Assembly: GCA_973895155.1 (NCBI GenBank)
Contig: OZ316892.1
Coordinates: 7,981,251 to 8,045,250, forward strand
Reading direction: 5' to 3'
DNA length: 64,000 bases
DNA from: Marsupella aquatica
Lineage: Eukaryota; Plantae; Marchantiophyta
Numbering within the stretch: the stretch's first letter is position 1; each line of letters starts with the position of its first letter. The notes under the pieces were generated by a model that saw only the letters and a list, made by a program, of their open reading frames with translations, was not told the origin of the DNA and ran no database searches. Positions 13,261-25,097 of the stretch are shown here, piece by piece. A program made the translations under genes and the position numbers.

Positions 13261-14160
13261 AGTGGGTCCAAGCCTCTGTCCGTAATGTTGCACCTGCGGT
13301 AAGTCTGTCTCTATGTCTTTTCCGTGCTAAGACTCTTTGAATGCTTGTGAATAGGACACGTCAATAAAACTCTAGAGCCCTGAATCCAGTGTTACCTTGA
13401 TTCCACGACTGTAAAGCTCCAGGAGACATCCAGTGCCCCTTCCATTTCGTGAACTGCTGGCATTTTCCGAGGAAACTCGTTCCATAATTGAAGTAAATTG
13501 AGCATCATTCTAGTAGGACTAGATTATTGCCGAGTGTCCGGGGGCAGTTACTCGAAGATTTTTCTGGCGTTAAATTATAAAGGACAACCGGTGTTGGACA
13601 CTGCGCGATAATTCAGTCCTTGACCCCTAAACACCAATTTTCAAGTATGCAGAAATGCGCAAAACAAAAATCGCCAGGAATCCTGCATTCTCTTGTTTTG
13701 CAGAACTGTGAATCGCATTTATATCTGTACAAGTGAAAACCACATCCATACTCAAAGTAAACAAGCCCGGGAAGTACAGCAAAGCCAAACCTGGGATAAA
13801 CGATTACACGCACTCTTTATTACTATTTCAAATGGCGGGACCATACTTTTGCGTGTTGGACCTGTCGGAATACTTTGTAGTTGTAGCGAGGAAGGTAGAC
13901 AATTCCTGCTTGTTCCTCATACAAGGCAATTTGCAAACACTTCTTGACGATTATGCTTTTAGCTGTGAGCAAGGTGACAGATTCTGTTTCCCCAACAAAA
14001 GGCCAGCTACCGGGGGGCTACAATTGAGATCTCTTCTGACAAAACCTATGGACAGGGTCACTACCAGACTGTACAGTGGCATTTACATGGGTTATAGTAG
14101 CTGAACACCAATTACCATTCTAAGAAGGCGATTGTCAATTGGAAAAGTCGTCCAGTATTG

Positions 14161-17100
14161 TCAATGGAAAAACCCGTACAACTCAAGATAGCACAAACAG
14201 AGATTCCAAGGATTCACAGTGCTGCTCGTGGGTTTGTTCAAAACAATCCTGAAATAACGGAAAGGTAGGTTCGCAGTGGTTCCATGCACGGGCCATGATG
14301 CATACTGCCCTGCTCGACACAGGGTTTGGTCATTTTCAAGACAAAAAATTTCTGTCCAAATATCGTCATCATTGGACCCCTGCCATTCAGAAAAAGTCAT
14401 CGTGATTCACGTGAGCATATCACAATGCTTTACACACTGACCAAACTGACAACATATGTTCAAGCTGCTCATAAACTTCTATCCAGAATTAGAGACGGCT
14501 GTTTAGTGCTTCGAACCTTCTAAGAATTATAAAAGCACTGTCTAACTGTACTCAGCCAATAAGAAGCTAACCTGTAAGCTCCACGAACGCATGAAGTTGG
14601 TGGAACCATCCTGCCGAACTGTATAATAATTACACATAAGCTGCATGCAACTGTGTGTTGTCAGCGCAAGAGATCATTTTACAGAGAAATTGCTCACTGA
14701 AGAACATGCGAGATGCTACATTGGATTCTACAAAATATAAGTCCTACTCCTGGCCTGAACAGATCTTCAAATCCATTGAGGTCACTCTCTCGCACAAACC
14801 TATAAGCAGCTAGATTGAACGCTGCATGAAAAGACTAAGACACCCAGTCTTAAGATGACATCAACGAAAGGTATCAGACCTGATGATTTTGTCCAAGATC
14901 GGCTTTCCACCAGGAAGAGATACGGCCGTCTGTGGAGCATGGCCCAGCAAACGATGTGTTCTGCGGGGAAAAAGCATCCAAGGAAATGGGATGTTGTGTG
15001 GTACTATAAATCAAATAAGCAAATAATTCAAGAAATGTGATAAGAGTCAGCTGACAAGTATTCAATTCATCTCAAAACATCATAAAAGCGGAACAGACCT
15101 GATATTTACGTGACACAATTGCTTTCATATCGGTGAATCGAGAAGGTGGGCTACTTGCCGATACGAACATTCTCTGAAAATTGAGAGAACGAAATTGGAA
15201 AGAGTTGAATATCCAAGGGATACTTATATGACACAGGAACAAAAAGAGCACCAGCAAATAGCTGACAGAGAAGAACGAGGTTGAATCATAACGAAAGCCC
15301 CAGTGGAGGAAATGGATGGCCGATCGAATAGCAAGGTGTTGTTCTAAGAAACTTGACAAACTTTGGAAAGCTGGTTGCCTTAACGAAGTAAATGTGTTGT
15401 GGGATGACTCGGGTACAGCCGTAGGACAAGGAAGGCAGCGAAGTGAATTTGTACTGCATACTATACTGCTGGAAGTCAGTTCTGGTACCAAGGCAGTCCG
15501 CTGAAAATATCATTGCACACCGCCGGAACACATCCAGTTTGTTGGTACTGACCTTAAAGGGTCAGAAAATACATGAATTTAAACATATGGATGTATCCGC
15601 TCGCGCATACCTTGGTCAGAACAGGATTCATCCATGAATGCCGTCCATACAATGTCCCAATATGATAGAATACTCCGTTTTGATCACCATCACAGATATA
15701 TTGTAGCTCTTTGTATGTCGACGGCCTAGGAGTAAATCTCAGAGTGCTTCTAGGAAATCGCACGAGCCTGCCATGCTTACTGTCCACCGTCGGCAACGTA
15801 CTGCAAAATCGATTTGGAAGTATTGTAAGCCAGGTTTCCGAGCATGAATCAAGCAACAGCTTGACATCAGACCTACCAGAACCCTAGCCTCCAAGAAGTT
15901 CAACAAAGCTTCGGCTCAAGTGGAGACATCCAATCGTTTTGAAGTATTGTGCCTACCTCTTTGAAGCAACCAACTCAGAACCATGGCCAAGGTACTCCAG
16001 AGCCTCCTCTACCTGAGGTGCAAGTCCAATGGGTTTGGTAAGTTAGTTATAACCAAAAGTAATGTTCAAGTCCATTTCCAAGTCGACAGTTATGAACATC
16101 GCGTGTGATCAAAATATTTGTACATCGAAGGATGTTCATACACAGTAGAGACATTAGTGAGATGAAAACGAAAACAACCCACCAATTCTCGGAGAACCCG
16201 AATGCTCCTCGTAAGACAGCTCGCTTGAAGCTGCAAGACAGGTAGCCTATACGGTGAGATCTACAGAACTTGGGAAAATGAAGGCAAAACTGACAAGCAC
16301 TGCAGCGAGGAAACTCCGAAATATACAATGAGCAAGGTCCAATTACTATGGATAAATCTGTTATTTTAACAGTTGACCAGAAGCTTCACTGACCTCCTGA
16401 AGAACAGCTAGCCATATGAGAGGAAATCGAACACTTGGTAATAAAATTTCAAGATCCCCCAGCCGATCCGAGAACAAACTCTCATCCATTTTACAATCAT
16501 GATAAGTACTGGCATCTTTCCAACTTTGTATTCCATCTTTCTTTGCTGCCCATGCGATAACTGCATCTAGCACTTTCTCTTCTGATGTGACTCGTAAGTG
16601 AGGATGCTGCAAAACGACGGTTTATAGAAACTAACTTCAGTTTCAGTGTCATTCAAAGGAATTTCAGTGTCTTTACTTCTGGTAAGGAGCTGACATTCAA
16701 ACTCCTGTGCTGGCGGTTCATCGAAACTATTCAGTCATTTCCTCACCAGATTGCCTTCGTTCTTCGAAACTATGAAGATAACAAAACCCATGGTATAGCT
16801 GACTGAGGCACTAGAAATCAGATTAACTGATCTCTGATTCTAGAAAGGGAGATTCATGACAATGCATCCTTGTAAAGTGGATCCGTGCAGTTAATATACT
16901 AAATTGTCCAACGGGAGCTACTTCTATTGCCCTTGGTTTTCTAAAGCTAAGAATGTACCAAGCCATGAAATCTGGACTGATACAATGAAAACACAGACAA
17001 ACTGGACTCTGATGATTACTACAGTCACAGGTTTACACAAACATATTCTTGCTATGTATAAAGAAACATTCAATAATCCACAAAATTGTCAAATATCACA

Positions 17101-20085
17101 GCTTCCAAATGGTAAGCTACTGCATTGCTCCACAAACCTGTAATATTTTTGAAAGTGATGACGTCTCCAGCTCGTGGAACTGAAGAGCTGGAAGGGCTGT
17201 GCAAAAGTCAAAGTGCTTCGCTACCAACTCCTCACAAATTTCACATAAAGACTGGCAAAATGGCATGCTTGCTGCAACTTGCAACACGGCACAAGCGGAA
17301 TCCTGCAAGTAAAATACTACTCGGTCGTTAAGTAGTCCCGTGCCGACTCTCCTTACTGCAACCGAACTGAAGCCCAATATGGGTTGGTGCGATTTTTCAC
17401 CACTACGGAAACTAATCATAGGCCTGCAGTAGAATTGAAAAATCTCTGTTCAATATTGAAACTCTATCCACTTTTTTATACGACTGCACTTAAAGAATTA
17501 CTTGCACCCGTGTAACGTACCTTAGTCAGGGACTCCAAGAGATAGCCAATGCACTTTTCTTGTAATAAGTGCATTCCAAACTGATCACCCAGGATCAATA
17601 AAGGTAGCAATACAGATCCCATGTCCTCTATCCCATCCACTTCGAGATGGCCTTTGTACATAAAATTGATCATCACCAGGAGTGATTCGAAACCAACATC
17701 TTGAATTGAAATAGTGTCCAGCTCACTCTCCCTCATTCCATTGGTAAACATCTGAGTTCGTGACAACAACAAGAAAAACCGGCGTCAACTGGCTAATACT
17801 AAACGAGGAAGCAATCATCTTACCGTCAAAGCCTTCCATTCAAGAGAAAATTCTACGGAGTTTTGGTTGTATCAACACTCAATCCTAGCCATCCACATCC
17901 TGAGGGTACATAACGAGCTGGCAAAGTCTTCGCGACGTGCTGTCATTGCAAAAATCCTACCTTGGCAAACGGCCGGCTCCAAGCACTGAGAATAAGCCTG
18001 TGAGCTCGAATCACCTGCTGTTGCCCATCTACAGAAAGCTCAACATCAGCGTAATCGCCGCTGTCGAACAGTTTACATAGCTTTACTAGGTCAATAGGTA
18101 GTTGAGACAGGAAACCTCCTTCTGGGTCTGGCTTTCCCAAAATGTTCTTAAGCTCTATATCAAGTTTGCGCACTTCTCGAGGATTTTCCTCGACGTCATC
18201 GGAATCTCTTCCAATAATCTTTATCAACTCATCATCACACTGTGATACTAACACCTCAAGCCCAAAATCTTCCGCCAGCTTTTTCAGATCATACAATTGA
18301 TTCACATCAACCTGTTACAGATTTAATGCCGAAACAGATTAGATTGTACCAAAAACTATGGGTAACCGAAAAGAAAGTGAACAGCTCACTAAACCTTGAT
18401 GCACCACTGAGGAGCTGTGACCTGACCGTGTTCCGCTTAAATCCAGTACAGTAAAAGTTGTGAAGCACTCAATTGAAGGAACATCTACCTGAGCGTGTCC
18501 GGTGTAGATGTACTGAAGAAATGCATGCAGAATATCATAATTCACGTGTGGCATATGAATCTCTCCCGCAGGTGAAGTACGCATGTCAAAAGACTTCGAG
18601 CAGCACAGAGCTAGAAGTAACTTATGAGCTGGTACAATCCGTTTATCAGGTGCCACAATAAACTGAAGATCAGCGAGTTCCTCGCATTCCAGATAGTGTG
18701 AAAAACCTCCATTATCCAGAGGGATCTGAATCCTCGGAGGCTGCAAGGGTGGTAACACTTGGATGTTGCGATAAACTACATGTTTATCCCAACTACTTAG
18801 CCCGACATATTGGATGGTACAATTCGGCTTCGAGTCAACCCAGTGACATATAACACCCTTTCCAGGATCACCTTTCCCCACTGTTAGCACACCATCAGAC
18901 ACATTGACCCAGTAGTGTTCGAAGTGAGTAGGCTCAAGCATCACATTTGCCACACATACTACCGGTTGTCCATCCACCTCAATCTTTACCCGCCTGCACC
19001 AACACAAAAGATTACTTCCAGTACTACAGGACCTCTCAAACCCTTGACCCCAATTTCACTCCATTAGATCTACAATTTCTAATGAAGACGTTTGTGATGC
19101 CTTTTTTAATTTCAGAAACAGGAGTACAAGCTTAACTGGAACAGCCAATAAACTTTGCAATCCTGTGTTGAGTGAGGTACTACGAGTCGCTAACCTAACG
19201 ACTCTTGACCAAAAGTACATGAATCTGTTTGTTCTTTGATCTGGCTGGTTCTTCTTGTTAAGGATGTACATTACTCAGACCAGCAAGCCAGTAAGAAGTA
19301 GAGCCCGTCATGAATTGTGCATGCTTAGTAAGGAGATGAATCTCAGTTCGATATAGGTCAAATTTGAAATCTAAGAGATCAGTAAAATGCCCACGAGCTG
19401 AAATTCTCTCGCTGATGCAAATGGGGATACCGGATAGGAGTCTTTCACGCGTTATAATCATGACCGGTTGATATCAACTACAAACACTGATCTTTCTGCC
19501 TCGCACTGGAGGGTCCTTTCAATAACCATCGAGCCGATTCGACGAACGTCCAGGCGAGGCAGTGAAGACCCTGTAGAGAATCTACCAGATGTCAAAAACC
19601 AAACATAACACAGGCAGGATCCTCTCTGAAAGGACGAAATCCCATAAATATTGCTACTCCCATGAACATTCCGCTTCTTATTTTTGTTACGCCGACTCCT
19701 AAATTTTTCAGTCATAACACACAGACGGGCAAACCCACAAAAGCCTAGAGCATCTTCATCGCACTTGAACCTCCGGATCAATCCCATTCCAATCTGACAA
19801 TAGGCCGAGAGTGACATGTTGTCCGTATGAACATTCGAGAGAGAAGAAAACGTGTACTCACCGATTGCAATGGCTACCCAGGATCAATGTGTACGAGGGG
19901 TCAGGGTCTGTGCGGTAATGCTTGGAGCCTGCGAGCTCTTTGAAGACAACAGTGACATCGTTTTCAGTCATGGCCTCAAATGCCACGCATGCCTTTCCTG
20001 GCTCAGCGAACCGAGCCTCTTCTCCCATCAGCCATGCGCATTCAAAGGGAGGTACGACCAACACATTCGCTCCTGCTAACCTCAT
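14161..20085 (-). CDS. BTB/POZ protein, At2g30600-like: N-terminal farnesoic-acid-O-methyltransferase-like domain, two BTB domains, BACK, C-terminal F5/8-type C (discoidin) domain; about 808 aa
   Basis: 13 GT-AG exons in frame: 20085-19862, 18993-18489, 18311-17961, 17751-17521, 17302-17138, 16606-16394, 16230-16183, 16012-15957, 15800-15611, 15173-15099, 14960-14880, 14640-14572, 14379-14161 (2427 nt). Motifs VPPFECAW, YVGLSSWDKHVVYRN, AHRLILSAWSRPFAKMFTNGMRES, ELQYICDGDQNGV, LCYLELYGFF. Confidence 0.93.
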
Positions 20086-22964
20086 CCTGGGAACCTTTCC
20101 GGATGCGCGACCAAATTTCTTATATATGCTGAATATAATAGCTGTCTCCTTGTCGCCGTGATTTTGATGGGCAATTTCTTGTCGAATCTTGGTAATAAAA
20201 TGAGGACTCCTAAGAAGCAGCCACCGAACGAAATGCAGCTTCAAACGAGGAAACCTCTCCCTCCACCTTCTCCACCTGCTGATTTTTATCAGAAGAAATA
20301 GCGTTACATCACTTTGCCAGACGTAAAAAGCACGCAATACTTTCCCAGTGCCAACTTGGCGTAAACAGACTCTCTCTGGTACACTTCCAGTCACATATTC
20401 TTCACACCGTAAACCCTAAAGTCTTCAGCAGAAAGCCGACATAGGAACGTCAATTTGCGACGAGGGCAGTGATGACGGCATGACAACTCCCACCGTCAGA
20501 GGACCACATTCTGGATCTCCGCAAGTCTCCAATTCCATATCTCAGAAAATAGAACACGAGCACGTACAAGTATCTCTTGAGAGCGTCGCGTAGTGAAAAA
20601 GAGGCTGGTGAATTCCCACCCGCAGTTGCTAAACGCAAGTTTAATGTCATGATTTCTGCCATATCTTCACGAAAAACCAAACTAACAGAATCTCACGCTT
20701 TCCTTCTTGAGATTACTTGTCGCCAGAATTTCACAGATCCCCTGCTGGTGTTTCCTATCCAAGTATACGGGTACTCTGATCGACCTTTCGCGTAGAGGGC
20801 AATTCAAGTAGAATGAAAAGTAGCATCCTTCTCAATCGAAAGTGTCTATTTCTATTGCAAACGCGCACCCAGGAGTAAGGCAGCAGCTGTTTACAATATC
20901 TTATCATAAGTTTCAAAGTTGCTACGCCGCAACAAAATGCTCTCTCCAAGATGAGGATCCCAAGCTTAATTTCAATCCTCGTCACACTCAAATTTTCCTG
21001 TATTAATTGACCTAAGAAGCAAAAAATTGACGCTGGACTCACTAAAAAATTAAAAATCAGCTTTGCGGAAAGCTTGCAGTTGGTAATGTACCACTTTGCA
21101 ACATAGGGTTGGAAAATGTACTATCTGATCGCTACGCATTTAACGAGTCATGGACCAGAGAGGATTCAAGAACAAGCGCTGTGGAACCGAAAGGACGGAG
21201 CCGGTGAACACCCGAATACAAAACACGCCACTCTTGATCGCCTTCAGCAACCACCAAATCAAGCCCAACGAACAGAAACCCAACCCGACAATAATCAGAA
21301 CAAAAATGACCCACGAGCCCCACTTGAAAACCACCATCCAATCACCTCAGCCACTACTACAAGTCTATGTCTCTCCACAACGAATTCCACAACCACCTCA
21401 GGATTGGGGTCTATTAATCCGTCAGAATTCTTCACCAATTCTACCTGGTCCAACCAATCTTTCTCACGACAAATGCCGCTAGGAAAGCAAAACCTTTCAC
21501 AGGAGAAATAACCAGCCGCAGTTCTAAAATGCTTGAAAGAAACAAGAAAACTCCGCGACCATCATCAATTCACTTTAAAAAACACTGTTCCAGTACACAC
21601 AAATCCTACTAATTCAGTCCTCAAATCCCCAACACCGATTTCACTGCGCCAGCACGGGCTCCAGACCTTGAAAAGGTTGGAGTAACCCTCCTGAATTTCC
21701 TCCTCAGTCGCCGCTCTGCTCCCTCCTTTCTCCACACGAAATAGGTAGTGCAATCAACCTCGAAAAATGAAAAGACTGGCAGCCGTAGCCATGAATTTCA
21801 GCGCTGTGACCTGGAGGAGAAAATACAAGTGCTGTGCGTGAGGAGATATTTCATTGGTCGACAGAATATTGCAGTCAACATCAGCGATACTCCGCCTAGT
21901 GGGTCGAGGCTAAAAGAGCAACAAATTCGAGAGCCTTCAACGCCAGCAATCACCATGTCCAAGAGAAAAACGGAATTGACAGACGGAAAAGATTCGGAAA
22001 ATTTCATAAAATCACTATCCTCCCTCTCTTCTCCAGTTCTCCTCATCAATGTGCCCATTTGAATCCAACAGAAATGCCACCTTCTCTAAAGAATAAAAAC
22101 AAAAACAAGACCATGGTAGCTCTACCTACCTTTCTTTTCTAACACTCTACACACGCCGTCAGTTCTCAGTCAGGAACCGGCAATCGATTAAGCTGATCGT
22201 GTTGCGAGGCTCAGACAATTCCATCATCTACTCTCCTCGTCAATAGCCCTCAAAACTATCCAACAGCACCAAAACATGCAACCGCATTTTCAGCATGGGC
22301 GAGCACTTCAAAGAAACTGCAAGGATCATTCGACCCTTGATTGAATGCATATCAAATTTTTATTTCTTTTTGTAGAAAGGACTCAATTTGCGGGTGTCGC
22401 TGAGGGACGAAATTCGTCAAAGACATTGACCATCCTCTGATAGCCTTCACTAATCAGAAGCCCCACATAAAAACCAGTAATCCAACAGCGCAAGGATCAG
22501 CCCCTAATCACTTGGCGAGCGGTGCCGTTCACCCTACAATAATGGATCTATTTCCTCAACCATCGTCATCCTCAACCATAGCTCTAACCCTCGACCGATA
22601 TCGCTCCAACAAAACCCGCCAGCCAAGAGCCCAAAACAAAGGGAAGGCACGAATCCAAAATCGTTCCCCGCCCCATGACTCACAAAATCAATGCTCCACC
22701 CTACCTACGACATGTCAATACATTAACACAGAAATCAAATCGAATTCTCCCACTACAAAAATCGCTCGCCTCATGAGAAAACCTCTCCTCTCCTCTCCAC
22801 CTCTACTCCCTCTTGTCACAAGACACGCACTCACAACTCCTCCAGCATTGATCATCGGACGACGCCTGCACCTGTTCGCTCTTCGACGCTCGAGCGTGTG
22901 TAACGATGTGGCCTACGAGCACAAGATCATGTACAGTCCCATAAAAGAGTAGAGAATCGCCTTA

Positions 22965-23465
22965 GAGCATCTCCAAGGGGAGGGTCCAATGCACCTGTAA
23001 CCTCAAAAATGAACATTTAGGGGTTGAATTTGGAGGGATGGTTTTCCACTAGCAGCAAGCCTCCACTTTCACAACCACCCTGACCTAGCTCCATACCTGT
23101 AACCTCTAAAATGAACATATAGGGGTGGAATTGGGAGGGATGGTTTCCCACTAGCAGCAAGCCTCCGCTTTCACAACCACCCTGACCTCCATAGTTGGTT
23201 AAAATGGCAGCCAGGAGAGGGACCTCTATCCTGACCTCTATTCCCATCCATGTCAGAGATTTCACCACATGTCACAAGGTACGGGATATGATTGAGATCT
23301 TGAACCCATGTATGACAACACATCATTTTGGAGGGATAGGGGTTTAAGAAAAGGGAACCACTGGTGATTGAATTCAATATATGCTATTCTAATTTCTAGG
23401 CCTCCAAATGATGGGTTATATTTTGAGTTTACAAGTCATTGACCTCTAAACCACCCGAGATGCTC
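22965..23465. mobile_element. Tourist/PIF-Harbinger MITE
   Basis: TIRs GAGCATCTC.../...GAGATGCTC with TTA on both sides (22962-64, 23466-68); internal duplication of about 100 bp (about 22995-23190). Confidence 0.85.
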
Positions 23466-23468
23466 TTA

Positions 23469-23639
23469 GGGCCATCTTGCATGTGAGGGGCTTAGAGAAA
23501 TGCAAATAAGTGCAATGATGGAGCCAAAGTTTGCAGATGTTTGGACCACCTCCTAAAATTTTAGACAAAGAAGTACTCCACATTATCTAGTATTTACTTG
23601 GGTCCACTACTTGCCATGTAGGATGGTAGACACCATATG
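23469..23639. mobile_element. Truncated left end of a second Harbinger-type MITE
   Basis: Starts GGGCCATCTTGCATGTGAG after TTA; interior is homologous to 3780-3945. Confidence 0.65.
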
Positions 23640-23642
23640 TAA

Positions 23643-24701
23643 GGGTAGTCTTGCATGTGGGCAACCCTATTTCTGTGGCCCTCAACTGAGAGGATGGCAT
23701 GAGATGATTGACTGAGCCATCTCTGACAGGACCTGTGCACAAAACATTCATTGATTTTCATTTTAGAAAACAAAACCAGGCCAAAATTAAAGTTGCCTGC
23801 TTTCATTTTCTAATGTCAAAAAAATACACTGCAAAGTCAGTGTTTACACCTGGATGTTAGAATGTTCTTAAAATGTACATGACAATCTCCCTTCTAGGTT
23901 CACAAGGACCCCAAAATATATATTTTGTTATTTGGGGCCATTGTATTAACTGTTATTTAGTTATTGCACAAACCCAAGACTACACTGTAGTATACTTTCT
24001 GTCATGAGGGAACTGAAGGGCTCTTCTTGTGAGACCATTACATGTGAGTTGGGGGTAAGCAAACGAGACACTCCCACCCCTATGAACGTCAAATCTACAC
24101 CTACCATACTATCAAAACACAAACCAAGACACATTTGTTTGCACAAGTTGGTTTGCTGGTCGCAACCTTGTCCTGGTTTGTGTTCTGGCTGTATGGAGGT
24201 CATGATTAGGCATAGATTTAACACCTAGACTTAACACCAACATATATGCCTGCCTAGAAAGGACTTCCACAGCGTGCACTAAGGTCCAACTCCCACTCAG
24301 CAGGCCTTGGTCTTCAGCAATTGCAAAACATTGGTGAAAAGTAGATAGAGTTGGACAGCAATATCTGCTACCCTGCAATGTACGGGCTTTTGTTTCATTA
24401 TGAGGTTTAAGGTCAGGACCTCAAGGGCCCAAAAGTTTCCAGCCCTTGCCCTTGGAAATGCCAATTTTTGCCATCAGATCTGCTACCCTGCAATGTCCCG
24501 GCTTCTGTTTCATTATGAAATTTAAGGTCAGGACCTCAAGGGCCCAAAAGTTTCTGGCCATAGCCCTTGGGAATCCTAATTTTTGCCATCAGGCCTGGCA
24601 GAGAAGGGGATCCAGGCATCTTTTAGTTGCTCACCTAATGTGCTGCTGTGAGTCAGGTTGAGGGCCGGAAAAAGTAGGGCCGCTCACATGCAAGTTGGCT
24701 C
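23643..24701. mobile_element. PIF/Harbinger-type non-autonomous element
   Basis: About 48-bp imperfect TIRs (gggtagtcttgcatgtgggcaaccctatttctgtggccctcaactga vs revcomp gagccaacttgcatgtgagcggccctactttttccggccctcaacctga); TAA at 23640-42 and 24702-04; internal duplication of about 115 bp at 24363-24592. Confidence 0.85.
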
Positions 24702-25097
24702 TAAGAGAAAGCCACACTCCCGGCCCCTGAGATTGGGATCCAGTGCATGGGTTTCATGCAATATGTGACACTCTCACTCCCAGTTAGAAGAGTAGAGAGG
24801 GTTCAGGACAAAGGTTCTAGAGTTCTGGAGGAGTCTCAAAAACCAGAGGACAAAACCCTCGAGAGGCAATTTCCTTGTGTCAATTGTTGTAACGCGCAAT
24901 CTTCTGGAGTTCAGACTGAGGATCTATCGACTTTCGGTCTATTTCAAGGGAATTCCATCATCATTGCAGTTTGTTTAGAAGCCTAGGGTTCGAATCCTGG
25001 ACGAAAGTTTCTTTTGCGGTAGTTGGTGGTGGTGAATTGTTTTCATTGGGGTGTCGATCGAAATAAGTTCGGGTGTGAGTGCTCTGTTCTCGGACGA

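Noticed and set aside
13733-14104. 123-aa plus-strand ORF
   Set aside because: Antisense to the probable BTB 3' UTR; no recognisable motif.
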